From Vampirovibrio chlorellavorus (GTDB lineage: Bacteria > Cyanobacteriota > Vampirovibrionia > Vampirovibrionales > Vampirovibrionaceae): DNA of 64,000 bases. Shown piece by piece: positions 9,617 to 19,191 of this stretch. A model generated the notes under the pieces. It was given only the letters and a program-made list of their open reading frames with translations. It searched no databases and was not told the DNA's origin. The position numbers and the translations under genes were made by a program. The stretch lies in contig CAIPMU010000019.1 in NCBI GenBank assembly GCA_903866275.1, forward strand, positions 34,763 to 98,762, read 5' to 3'. Numbering within the stretch: position 1 is the first letter of the stretch; the number at the start of each line of letters is the position of its first letter.

Positions 9617-10060
9617 ATGAGCCAACGACCAACGCAACAATTCGTCAAAGGTCAAACCATCCTGCTGGAAGGCACACCGGGCGATCGGGCCTTTCGCATT
9701 CTCTCCGGTGAGGTGGCCATTTGCCGACGCAACGAAGAAGGCGCCCTCATGCCCGTGGCCAAACTGGGTCCCGGCGAAATGTTTGGCGAGATGTACTACT
9801 TCTCGCCGGATCAAAAGCGCACAGCGTCAGCCATTGCCTTAAGCCCTACGGTCTATCTGGAGATCCTGTTTGATGAAGACTTGCAGGATCTCATGAAACA
9901 GCTGCCACCCGATTTGGGCGGTATGGTAAAAGGCCTTTGTCAGCGGTTGCAAAAGACTTCTACCCGCTATATCACCGTGGCTCCCAATCGCAACGGGACA
10001 CAGCTCCCGGACGGCACCATGAAGTCCACCAGCACGTTCATTCATCGCCCGATCGAGTAG
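9617..10060 (+). CDS. Stand-alone cyclic-nucleotide-binding (cNMP/Crp-like) domain protein, 147 aa.
   Basis: FVKGQTILLEGTPGDRAFRILSGEVAICRRNEEGALMPVAKLGPGEMFGEMYYF.RTASAIALSPTVYLEI matches the cNMP-binding beta-roll signature (GE.FGE..RTA..A). No DNA-binding HTH follows. Confidence 0.7.
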   Translation: MSQRPTQQFVKGQTILLEGTPGDRAFRILSGEVAICRRNEEGALMPVAKLGPGEMFGEMYYFSPDQKRTASAIALSPTVYLEILFDEDLQDLMKQLPPDLGGMVKGLCQRLQKTSTRYITVAPNRNGTQLPDGTMKSTSTFIHRPIE

Positions 10061-10131
10061 GGACAAGAATCAAAGTCACAGGCCAAGCTGAATAAATGCA
10101 CACAAAGTCGCTCTATTAAGCCTGGCTCGCC

Positions 10132-13100
10132 TTAATAAGGCACTCTGTCATCAGTGACCGAATCTTCATGTGGGGCTTCGAGGATGGCGTGCTTGCGGGG
10201 ACGTCGGGCGATCACATCATACACCAGTGGAATCACAAACAGGGTGAGGATAGTCGCCAGCAACATACCGCCCACAATTACGGCGCCCAGCGGCTTACGA
10301 CCATCTGTGCCGGAGCCCAGTCCGACGGCAATGGGGAGCGCCCCAAAAATGGTGGCCACCGAAGTCATAATGATGGGCCGGAACCGGATACGGGCCGCCT
10401 CAATCACCGCTTCACGCGCGGAAAGTCCGGGGCGTTGCTCGCGAATCTGGTTCGCAAACTCCACAATCAAAATCCCGTTTTTGGTGACCAGTCCCACCAG
10501 CAAGACCAAACCAATTTGGCTATACACGTTCAAGCTGTAATTCACGGGCTCCCAATCTGCAAAGCCCGGTAGCATCTTGATGAGATACGGTGCGTAGGAC
10601 AGGACAAACAGGGTTAAAATCGCCCCGGCCAAGGCCAACGGTACGGTCAGCATGACGATCAGTGGGTCTGAGAAGCTTTCGAATTGCGCGGCCAGCACCA
10701 GAAACACCACCACCAGCGCCAGCATGAAGGCAAAATACGTGGCCGTGTCGGCGTCGCGGAATTCCTTGGCTTCCCCTTTCCAGGCGATTCGCATGCCGGG
10801 CTGAATCTCTTGCCGGGCAATACTTTCCAGTTGATCCAGAATCTTACCCATGCTCAGGCCGGGCATGGGAATCAGGGAGCCACTAATGGTCGCCGCACGC
10901 ATGCGGTTGTAGTGATCCAGCTCCTTGGGCGCCACCGTTTCACGGGCATCAATGATATTCGACAACGGCACCAGCGTATTATTCTGCCCACCCACATAAA
11001 TGCTGGAAAGCTGGTCTGGGGTGCGACGCAGATTGGGCTCAGCCTGCACCATGACATCGTAGCGTTTGCCGTTATATTGGAAGGTGGAAATATTCAAACC
11101 ACTCAGCAGAATCTGCATGGTTCGGGCCGCATCCCGCACCGGCACACCCAACAGGGAGGTTTTTTCCCGGTTCAGGGACACTTCCAGTTGCGGTTTGTTC
11201 AGTTTCAGGTCGCTGTCCACGTTAACCAGCCCGAAGATCTCTTTGGAGGCGCGCATCTGGATTTTCTGCACCACGGCATCCAGTTGCTGCAAATCGCCGG
11301 AGGTTTGAATGGCCATCTCGATGGGCTTGCCGAAAGTTTGCACCGGGCTGGATGGCGGGCTCAACGGAAACACAAAGGCTTCGGGGATGCTCATCATCTG
11401 GGGCAGCAAGCCGCGCACAATCTGGGACACCTTGCGCTGGCGATCTTCACGAGGCACCAGATCAACGAACATGATGCCACTGTTCACCAGGCCGGGGCCG
11501 TTGTTGCCCAAGGCAATCACCGAGAACAACTGACGCACTTCGGGGGTCTTGCGATAAATGGCTTCGGCCTTGCGTACCGCTTGATCGGTGTAATCCATCG
11601 TGGAGCCTTCCGGGGCGGAAATGAAGGTCAGAATGTTGCTCCGGTCTTCCACCGGCAGGAATTCGCGGGGCAACAAGGTAAACAAGCCACAGCACACGGC
11701 CACCAGAACCAACACAGCCCCGAAAACCACCACTTTCCGGCGCATAAGCTCATACAGCGCATTCTGGAACCAGTTGGCCATGTTTTCAATCAAGTGATAA
11801 AAACCATTCAGAAAAGCGGAGAAGGGATTGGAGGCTTTTTGATGCTCACCCGCATCCGCTTTCAGCAAGCGGGCGCAGAGCATGGGCGTGATGGTCAGCG
11901 AGACGAAGCCGGAAATGAGAACCGAGCCAGCAACAACGACCGAAAATTCTTTCAGAATACGACCCAAGGTGCCGCCCAGAAAGATAATGGGCAAGAATAC
12001 CGCCACCAGTACGGCCGTAGTGGCGATAATGGCAAAGCCGATTTCTTTCGTGCCTTTGAACGCAGCCTGCATGGGCGATTCACCCAGCTCAATGCGCCGA
12101 TAGATGTTCTCCAGTACCACGATGGTATCATCCACGACCAGACCAATGGTCAGCGTCATGCCCAGCAGGGTGATGGTGTTGATGGTGTAGCCGAGGAAGT
12201 ACATCACGCTGAAGGTGGCAATCAGGGAGATGGGAATGGACACGGCAGGAATGAAGGTGGCCCGGAAATTTCGGAGGAAGAGGAAAATAACCAGTACCAC
12301 CAGCCCAAAGGCCACAAACAGGGACTCAATCACTTCATCGATCGAGTGCTGAATGAAGACGGAACTGTCAAACGCCGTCCCCATCGACAGACCCGGTGGC
12401 AGGTTGCGGCGGATGTCCACCAGTTTTTTCTTGACCGCCTTGGCCACATCCAGCGTGTTGGCCTTGGATTGCTTGACGATGCCCAAGCCCACGGCCGGTT
12501 CGCCGTTAAAGCGCACCAGCGAGCGATCATCACGCGGGCCAATCGCGGCCCGGCCAATGTCGCGCAGGTAAACCGGCTGAGTGTTGACCCGCTTGACGAT
12601 CAGGCGGTTAAACTCCTCCGGGGTTTTCAGCTCTCCCAGGGTGCGAATGGTAAATTCCCGCTTCTGGCCTTCAATCCGGCCCGAGGGGATTTCCACGTTT
12701 TCCGTGGTCAGGGCTTTTTCCACGTCCAGCGCGGTCACCTGTCTGGCAGCCATTTTGGCGGGATCGAGCCACAGTCGCATGGCGTATTCCCGCTCACCAC
12801 CGATGATCACCTGCCCCACACCATCCACGGTCTGCAACTGATCCTTGATGTAGCGATCGGCATAGTCGGTAATCTGCAAGGGGGTATAGTTTTTTCCGGA
12901 TAGACCCAGCCACATGATGGCGCTGGCGTCTGTGTCCTGCTTGGAGATCACAGGTTCTTCAATATCATCCGGTAGTTTGTCACGGGCTCTGGAAACCCGG
13001 TCGCGGACGTCCTGAGCAGCGGTATCGACGTTTCGACCCAGCTCGAACTCGATAATGACCGTATTCACGCCTTCGCGGCTGATGGAGTTCATGCTGCGGA

Positions 13101-13329
13101 TGCCTTCAATCCCAATCAGCTCGTCTTCCAGATTCTCGGTGATGGTGCTTTCCAGAATTTCCGCGCTGGCCCCCGGATACACCGTGGTCACGGAAATGAC
13201 GGGCGGATCAATGTCCGGGTATTCCCGAACGGATAAAAAGGTGAGACTGACCACCCCGAACAGCAGGAGCAGAATGGAGACCACCGAGGCCAGAACAGGG
13301 CGCCGAATGGAAATATCGGAAATCCACAT
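10132..13329 (-). CDS. RND efflux transporter, inner-membrane pump (HAE1 / AcrB family), 1065 aa.
   Basis: N-terminus MWISDISIRRPVLASVVSILLLLFGVVSLTFLSVREYPDIDPPVISVTTVYPGASAEILESTITE. Twelve-TM architecture. ATG start. Confidence 0.9.
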   Translation of the reverse strand: MWISDISIRRPVLASVVSILLLLFGVVSLTFLSVREYPDIDPPVISVTTVYPGASAEILESTITENLEDELIGIEGIRSMNSISREGVNTVIIEFELGRNVDTAAQDVRDRVSRARDKLPDDIEEPVISKQDTDASAIMWLGLSGKNYTPLQITDYADRYIKDQLQTVDGVGQVIIGGEREYAMRLWLDPAKMAARQVTALDVEKALTTENVEIPSGRIEGQKREFTIRTLGELKTPEEFNRLIVKRVNTQPVYLRDIGRAAIGPRDDRSLVRFNGEPAVGLGIVKQSKANTLDVAKAVKKKLVDIRRNLPPGLSMGTAFDSSVFIQHSIDEVIESLFVAFGLVVLVIFLFLRNFRATFIPAVSIPISLIATFSVMYFLGYTINTITLLGMTLTIGLVVDDTIVVLENIYRRIELGESPMQAAFKGTKEIGFAIIATTAVLVAVFLPIIFLGGTLGRILKEFSVVVAGSVLISGFVSLTITPMLCARLLKADAGEHQKASNPFSAFLNGFYHLIENMANWFQNALYELMRRKVVVFGAVLVLVAVCCGLFTLLPREFLPVEDRSNILTFISAPEGSTMDYTDQAVRKAEAIYRKTPEVRQLFSVIALGNNGPGLVNSGIMFVDLVPREDRQRKVSQIVRGLLPQMMSIPEAFVFPLSPPSSPVQTFGKPIEMAIQTSGDLQQLDAVVQKIQMRASKEIFGLVNVDSDLKLNKPQLEVSLNREKTSLLGVPVRDAARTMQILLSGLNISTFQYNGKRYDVMVQAEPNLRRTPDQLSSIYVGGQNNTLVPLSNIIDARETVAPKELDHYNRMRAATISGSLIPMPGLSMGKILDQLESIARQEIQPGMRIAWKGEAKEFRDADTATYFAFMLALVVVFLVLAAQFESFSDPLIVMLTVPLALAGAILTLFVLSYAPYLIKMLPGFADWEPVNYSLNVYSQIGLVLLVGLVTKNGILIVEFANQIREQRPGLSAREAVIEAARIRFRPIIMTSVATIFGALPIAVGLGSGTDGRKPLGAVIVGGMLLATILTLFVIPLVYDVIARRPRKHAILEAPHEDSVTDDRVPY

Positions 13330-13334
13330 GGTGA

Positions 13335-14726
13335 TTAGTGTCCTTTCGAGCCAGCGGTAGAAGGATTGCCGCCGGGCGCCTTAGGCCCGTTCAGGTTCAC
13401 TTCCATATTGTCGCCCACCTTTTGCAGGCCACTCACAATCACGGATTCGCCAGCGGCCAGACCGGATTCAATCTGCACCAGGCCAGCCTTACGATGGCCG
13501 ACCAGGACTTCCTGCAGGTGGGCCACATCCGAGGGCGCTTTCCGTGCTTCCGAAGCAGGCTTGTCATTCTTGGTAGTTCCGTCCGGGCTGGGGTTGGGCA
13601 CATACACTTCGTGCCGGATGACATACACAAAGGTCTTTTCACCTTGTGGCACAATGGCCTCTTCGGGAATCACCACCGCGTCCGGAATGGTATTCAGTGC
13701 CAGATTGACGGTGCCAAACAGGCCATGCCGCAGATTGTTTTTTCCAGCCACACGGGCTTTCACAATCACCATCCGGGAATCCGGATTAATCACGGGATCG
13801 ATGAAGTTGACCAGTCCGCTAAAGGCTGTATTGCCCAACGCTTCAAACTGCACCTGCACCGGCTGCCCCGGATACAACTGACTCAAATAACGCTCTGGCA
13901 CCGGGAACTGAATTTTAAACAGCGAGGGATCGACCATGGTAATGAGCTTTTCGGTGGGAATGACGTAATCGCCCAAGGCCACGTATTTCTGGCCAATCAC
14001 ACCATTAAAGGGCGCGCGAATCACCAGCTCGGAGGCCAGCGCCACGTTGTAGCGATAGCTGGAGCGGGCCTGCGCCACGCTGGAACGCGCCTGATTGTAG
14101 CTGGCTCTGGCTGCAGCGAGCCCCTGCAGTTGCTCCTGATAATCGGCCTGCGAAGATTCGTAGGCGCTGCGCTTTTGGTCCAGCTCCAGCTGTGAGACAA
14201 ACTGCTCGGCCAAGAGCTTCTGATACCGATGGTACTCCGACTGAGCCTGCTTGTACTTGACGTTGGCACTGTTGGCGCGGGCCTGTGCCTGACTAATATC
14301 AGCGAGTTGCTGGGCCAGATTGCCCTGTGAGGTCGTAATTCCTTCGGCGGCCTGTTGCACCTGGGCTTCCTGCTTGTCCGCCTTCATGCGGATCAGGACT
14401 TGTCCCCGGTGCACGAACTGGCCTTCTTTCACCGCAATTTGGGTAATAATACCGGGGCTTTCCGGGTTCAAATCCACCTTGTTCTCTGACTCGAGGGTGC
14501 CGGTTGCCGTATACTCCACTGTCCAGGGGGATTGGGTCGAGGTCTTGACGATCACCACCGGCGGAGGCATTTGCCATCCACCCCCGCCGCCTCCGGCGCA
14601 ACCGTGCAAGAACAGGCTGGCGCTGAGCAACAGGGTCAAACTAAACGCAGTGATTTTATGGGGAGGCGTGAATCCGTTATTTTTTGGGAGCAGTGGCGTT
14701 TGTGAAGGCATTGGTGGGGATTCCAT
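13335..14726 (-). CDS. RND efflux membrane fusion protein (HlyD/AcrA family), lipoprotein.
   Basis: Lipobox LFLHGCAGG. The biotinyl-lipoyl and beta-barrel region includes RGQVLIRMKADKQEAQ. A coiled-coil hairpin is present. The C-terminal tail is Pro/Gly-rich. Confidence 0.85.
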   Translation of the reverse strand: MESPPMPSQTPLLPKNNGFTPPHKITAFSLTLLLSASLFLHGCAGGGGGGWQMPPPVVIVKTSTQSPWTVEYTATGTLESENKVDLNPESPGIITQIAVKEGQFVHRGQVLIRMKADKQEAQVQQAAEGITTSQGNLAQQLADISQAQARANSANVKYKQAQSEYHRYQKLLAEQFVSQLELDQKRSAYESSQADYQEQLQGLAAARASYNQARSSVAQARSSYRYNVALASELVIRAPFNGVIGQKYVALGDYVIPTEKLITMVDPSLFKIQFPVPERYLSQLYPGQPVQVQFEALGNTAFSGLVNFIDPVINPDSRMVIVKARVAGKNNLRHGLFGTVNLALNTIPDAVVIPEEAIVPQGEKTFVYVIRHEVYVPNPSPDGTTKNDKPASEARKAPSDVAHLQEVLVGHRKAGLVQIESGLAAGESVIVSGLQKVGDNMEVNLNGPKAPGGNPSTAGSKGH

Positions 14727-16416
14727 TCAATATGTTGGCGGTATTGGCATCGCCCAGCGCGTTGAGGAGACGCACCTGAGCCTGGTTAAAGGAAAGAATA
14801 TTGCGAACCAGTATGGTGCGGGCGGCACCCAGCACCGTCTGAGCATCCAGGACATCGACATTAATGCCCAGACCCGCCTTGAAGCGGCCAAAGGCCAAAC
14901 GGTAAGCTTCCTGAGCCACGGATAATTGCTCCTGAGCAGCCATGATGGCTTTTACAGCGGTACGGCTGTCCAGATAGGCGTTGATCACCTGAGACTGCAA
15001 GTCCCGCACCTGCTGAGCGCGAACCAGTAATTCCTGCTTCACCGCCAGACGACGAGAGGCATAATCCAGCGGAATGCTCGTGCCGAGTCCATCAAACAGG
15101 TTGGCTTGCAACGACAGGCCACCAAAGCGGGTGAGACCCAACTGATTCATTTGAGGACCCAGACCACCAATGTAGGTTTGCAGGGTCACGGCGGGAACCG
15201 CACGACCAAGCGCGGCCCTGGCTTCATCGCGCAGGGCCTTCAGCTCTGTCTCGGTGATTTTCAGGGTGGGGTTGTTGGCTTGCGCGCGGGCTAGCAATTG
15301 CTCGGTACCCAGTTCAAACGGCACCAGCGGATGGGGTTGTACGGGATTCTGGGCCGGGCTCAGGGCCACTTCCGGGTCAAGGTTCAGGACATTGAGCAAG
15401 CTCTGCTGATTGCGAGCCAGGGCATTCTCAGCCTCAATCAGGATTTGTTCACGCGCCACCAGCTGGCTACGCGCCCGCTCCAGATCCAGCTTGGTGCCGA
15501 TCCCGGCATTCAGTCGGGCCTCGTTGAGTTTGACTTGACTGGCGGTTTCCTGAATGCTCAAGCGGGAATTTTCCACCTGCGCGCTGCTGGCCAGTAATTC
15601 GTAATAGGCATTGGCTGCCAGCGTGAGTTGATCATTCAGGCTTTGCTGAATGGCAAATTTGGCCCCTTTGGCCCGTTGACGGGCGGCCAGTGCGGTGAAT
15701 AGATCCTCGCCACCGGGATGAATGACCCAGGTCGCGGACAGTTGCGGCACCAGTCGGGTCTGATAGACATTCACCGTGGCGTTCCCGAAAACCAGAATAC
15801 TCCCCTGAAAGCGTGACTGGGTGTAACTGCCCTGAATATCGGGCAACATAGCCGATAAGGAACGGTAATAGGTCAAATTCTTGATTCTGGCGTTCAGGCG
15901 ATTCTGCGCCAGAGGCAAGTTTTGGGCCTCTACCAGCTTGAGTACGGCAGGCAGATCAATGGGCAGCGTTGACATCTTGGTCACCGAGGCACTGAGCAGA
16001 CCACCCCAGGGGGATTGATCACTCACTGCGGGATTTTCAAACAAGGTGATGCCGCCTTCGGGATCTAGCTGGGCCGAATTCTCAGAGGACAGCGATGGGC
16101 TCGCTTCGGGCGCAGTCATTTCCGGTGTCGCCGAAGAAGAACCAGCTTCAGTGGCAGCAGACAAAGGCAGTTTATCCGAAACCGTCCCAGCCTGCCCTGC
16201 AGCATTCCCGGATACCGGCTTGGCTTGCGAGGATTTGGCAGGCAACAGAAGCTCTGCGACATTTGCCTTTTGAGTCCTTGCCAGGGTCTTTACGGGCTCT
16301 GACGCTGCACTGGCAGCATGGCAAGCAGTCCAGAAACCACCACCCAGAGACAATATCAGGGAGCAGGTCAAGAAAAAGGCAGGACGTTCGGAAGTGTGGG
16401 GGATCCGTGCTGTCAT
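14677..16416 (-). CDS. Outer membrane efflux protein (TolC/OprM family) with a ~150-aa Ser/Ala/Pro-rich N-terminal extension.
   Basis: Two OEP repeats, each a coiled-coil plus beta strands (e.g. LSLQANLFDGLGTSIPLDYASRRLAVKQELLVRAQ). The gene overlaps the start of the fusion-protein gene by 50 nt, forming a three-gene efflux operon. Confidence 0.8.
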   Translation of the reverse strand: MTARIPHTSERPAFFLTCSLILSLGGGFWTACHAASAASEPVKTLARTQKANVAELLLPAKSSQAKPVSGNAAGQAGTVSDKLPLSAATEAGSSSATPEMTAPEASPSLSSENSAQLDPEGGITLFENPAVSDQSPWGGLLSASVTKMSTLPIDLPAVLKLVEAQNLPLAQNRLNARIKNLTYYRSLSAMLPDIQGSYTQSRFQGSILVFGNATVNVYQTRLVPQLSATWVIHPGGEDLFTALAARQRAKGAKFAIQQSLNDQLTLAANAYYELLASSAQVENSRLSIQETASQVKLNEARLNAGIGTKLDLERARSQLVAREQILIEAENALARNQQSLLNVLNLDPEVALSPAQNPVQPHPLVPFELGTEQLLARAQANNPTLKITETELKALRDEARAALGRAVPAVTLQTYIGGLGPQMNQLGLTRFGGLSLQANLFDGLGTSIPLDYASRRLAVKQELLVRAQQVRDLQSQVINAYLDSRTAVKAIMAAQEQLSVAQEAYRLAFGRFKAGLGINVDVLDAQTVLGAARTILVRNILSFNQAQVRLLNALGDANTANILNGIPTNAFTNATAPKK

Positions 16417-16519
16417 TGTTGGTTATCCGCTATGTTATGAAGCGACCACGCTTGCGCTAATGGGTATTATTTTGACGGACATTCGCCCAAATGACAATGT
16501 ATTTTTAGATAAACAGCCC

Positions 16520-17278
16520 TTATGGCTCTGGCTGGTTCAGGCGGATCAAGTATTGATTCAGGGCGATGGCCATACTCCCGCGTGTCATGGGTTGCAGTGG
16601 GTGCAATTTCGCCGGAGGAAGCGTCTCTACAAAACCATTTTTCAAGGCTGTCGCAATGGCTTTTTTACTCCAGACCGGTACCTGATCGGCATCCAGGTAT
16701 TGCGATAAGGTGAGATTGACCGCTGTGTTTTCCAACTGCTGCACCCCATAGGCCTGCGCGAAAATAGCGTAGGCCTCGGCACGCGTTACGGCCTGGTTGG
16801 GATAAAACAAATGAGGCCGATAGCCACTCATAATCCCCTGATGCACCACAGTCTCAATATCGGAGGCCGCCCAATGAGTAGGGGGCACATCATTCAGGAG
16901 CACCGAAAGGGGGTTGGTCACTTCTCGGGTATTCAGGCGAAAGGTTTTCACCAGTAAGGTCGCCAACTCGGCACGCGTCAGACTGCGCTCCGGGTGAAAC
17001 TGACCGTCCCGGTAGACTGTCATCAATCCCTGCTGGCGGACCTTGTCGATTGCATCAGTCAATCCACCCTGTGGCGAGGCCACCCGCTGATCGCGGAGTT
17101 GTTGCGCCTCTTGCTCTTCTAACGGCATAGACACATTTTCAGGGGGCGTCACCCCTGCGTTGGTATCCAGCGGGGATGGCGCCATTGCTGGTGTTTCAGC
17201 GCAAGCCTGCAAGGGCTGGGAAAGGGTGCCCCACAATAGGCAGCATCCTACAAGACCGATGGTTAAAGACTGACGCAC
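16520..17278 (-). CDS. Secreted protein made of three S-layer-homology (SLH) domains; likely a peptidoglycan-anchored outer-membrane tether.
   Basis: Signal peptide, then SLH-like repeats (..THWAASDIETVVHQGIMSGYRPHLFYPNQAVTRAEAYAIF.. and ..VPVWSKKAIATALKNGFVE..MTRGSMAIAL..). The start is GTG with an AGAGGAG sequence upstream. Confidence 0.7.
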   Translation of the reverse strand: MRQSLTIGLVGCCLLWGTLSQPLQACAETPAMAPSPLDTNAGVTPPENVSMPLEEQEAQQLRDQRVASPQGGLTDAIDKVRQQGLMTVYRDGQFHPERSLTRAELATLLVKTFRLNTREVTNPLSVLLNDVPPTHWAASDIETVVHQGIMSGYRPHLFYPNQAVTRAEAYAIFAQAYGVQQLENTAVNLTLSQYLDADQVPVWSKKAIATALKNGFVETLPPAKLHPLQPMTRGSMAIALNQYLIRLNQPEP

Positions 17279-17498
17279 AGGCAGACTCCTCTCTGGGTAA
17301 GGCGATCATAAACCAGCCTGCTTGCTAATTCAACTCGCTTTGCCGCCAACATCGAGCGAGTCATTGAATATGTGTTCAGCCATTCAATGCAATCTGACAA
17401 CCCAAGCAGCGGTGGCGGAAAAAACCAACAACCGCCAGAACCTGAATCGGTTTAGCCGGTTGTTAGAAGTGTATAACGTTAAAAATAAAGTCAGACGA

Positions 17499-18008
17499 CT
17501 ATACGCCAACAGGCATCAGTTCCAGACGGAACGAAGAACTGGTGGGTGGCATGCGCTTGACCATACTGTCTGCCGATTGCGCTTCGGAGCGGGGGAAGTC
17601 CAGACCGCGCTCCACGTAGTGCGTTTCAGCGTGCTGCACTTCAAAGGCATCCATAATAAACTGCCGTGCCACCGAGACATCAAAGGGCTTGCAGCTGAAC
17701 AGATCAAAAAAGAAGTAGTCTTTTTCAATAAAGGAGTGAAACGAAAGGTGCGATTCTGCAATGACCACAATCCCCGTGACACCCTTATCTTCTGGCACTA
17801 GCCCGGAATAGGGAAACACATAAGGTTGGGTGATCTTGGTCATCCCGATAAAATCAGGCAAGCGGTTCAGGACATCAAACACATAGGCCACGTCGCTGAT
17901 CTTTTCTATGTTGCAGCCCCGGCAATCCAGCATGAGATGCGGGCCAAACCCTTGCATGTCCGGATTATTCAGATTTACTGCGGGCGCTTTGGTTAAAACC
18001 TGGCTCAT
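17499..18008 (-). CDS. Divergent pyruvoyl-dependent S-adenosylmethionine decarboxylase (SpeH) homolog; possibly a neofunctionalized decarboxylase.
   Basis: [15 protein letters not shown] contains the Glu-Ser self-cleavage site. It lacks the canonical YTCG and has a ~20-aa N-terminal extension plus an insertion relative to copy 2. Confidence 0.7.
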   Translation of the reverse strand: MSQVLTKAPAVNLNNPDMQGFGPHLMLDCRGCNIEKISDVAYVFDVLNRLPDFIGMTKITQPYVFPYSGLVPEDKGVTGIVVIAESHLSFHSFIEKDYFFFDLFSCKPFDVSVARQFIMDAFEVQHAETHYVERGLDFPRSEAQSADSMVKRMPPTSSSFRLELMPVGV

Positions 18009-18520
18009 CAGGCACCCCCTTTCAACAACTTCGAACTTGCTTCCAGCTCTTGAAAACCGCTTGCAGACGGTGCTTGTAAACGTTTTTCCAGGCGGGCCTT
18101 GATTAGATCCAGATTACCGCGTTTCAGCATCTGGGTTTCGGTAATTTCCGATTGCAGTGCCTCTTTCAGGTAGTGGTAAGCGGCATCCGGCTGAATGTCC
18201 TCGCCGCAGGTATAAAGATCCACCGAGGCGTAGCCGTACTCCGGCCAGGTGTGAATGGCCAGGTGGGATTCGGCAATCACCACAACACCACTCACCCCCC
18301 AGGGTTCAAAGCGGTGAAAGGTGGATTGCACGATGGTGGCCCCACAGGCCAGCGCGGCGGCGTTCATATGGGCTTCAATGCCCGCTACGTCATCCAGGGT
18401 TTCGGCGTTACAGTTGTAGAATTCCACCAATAAATGTTGTCCCAATACAGTTGTCATTTTCAAAATTCCTATGCTAGGGGCTGGGTACCAATAGTCTGAG
18501 GGTTGCTCAGACGCCTGCAT
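18008..18520 (-). CDS. speH: S-adenosylmethionine decarboxylase proenzyme, class 1 (Bacillus SpeH type), canonical.
   Basis: [51 protein letters not shown] aligns closely with B. subtilis SpeH. Its TGA stop overlaps the ATG of the downstream paralog by 1 nt. Confidence 0.8.
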   Translation of the reverse strand: MQASEQPSDYWYPAPSIGILKMTTVLGQHLLVEFYNCNAETLDDVAGIEAHMNAAALACGATIVQSTFHRFEPWGVSGVVVIAESHLAIHTWPEYGYASVDLYTCGEDIQPDAAYHYLKEALQSEITETQMLKRGNLDLIKARLEKRLQAPSASGFQELEASSKLLKGGA

Positions 18521-19191
18521 GCAGGGAGTCTACGAAATGACGCTATCATCAGCTCACCGTAACCCCTAAGGGCTTGAAAAATCGGTGACTTGAATCCAAT
18601 CAAGCGAAAGAGAGTCGATCCGTCAGACGCAGGCAGGCGCGTGCATCATCAAGCCTGAGCCATCATCGGCGGATTGACTGCCACCATCAAAGAGGTAGCG
18701 CAGTAAAAAAGTTTTGAAAAAGCGACTGGCGCCATCGTCGGCAAAGACCCGACTTAAAAATTCCATCGCGTGAGACGTTGCCCGACTCTTGCTTTTGGCT
18801 TTCGCGTTCGGCACATAGTATTGATGAGGCTGAATGCGATCGGCATGACGACTGGGCACAGGCAAAGCTGGGCTTCCTTTCCAGGAGCATCGTGTCGAAG
18901 TGGCACAAGCGGATTGGGACATCGTGAACTTTGATTCTCACAAGCTGGGCAAATTACAGAGTTAGCATTATGACACAAGATGCCAAAAAGTGTTCTCCTT
19001 TTTTACAGCCACCACTAGACAAGACTCCTGACTCGTCAGCTTGCTTGCCAGATCCACAATGCCTCTGGCGCTTTTTTCAACGCTGCACAACAGGCTGGAC
19101 TATGCCTGAAGCTCCACTGGGCTGGTCTTGACGCACGTCAGCACCGCCGATGGTAAACACCGAAGACGAACTCACCGCAAGCCGGTCAGCC

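Noticed and set aside
10684-12903. 739-aa plus-strand ORF, rich in His, Gln, Gly and Arg, antisense to the RND pump gene. Similar long antisense ORFs occur at 13338-14195, 19279-20349, 27653-28948, 6199-6900, 43867-44799 and 58047-58526.
   Set aside because: They lie opposite well-supported genes, have homopolymer-like low-complexity translations and have no recognisable domains. They are a typical artefact of GC-rich RNY codon periodicity leaving the antisense frame open.
18514-18525. Perfect 12-bp palindrome CCTGCATGCAGG centred on the ATG of the canonical speH copy.
   Set aside because: About 16 perfect 12-bp palindromes are expected by chance in 64 kb. It could sequester the start codon in a hairpin, but there is no further support.
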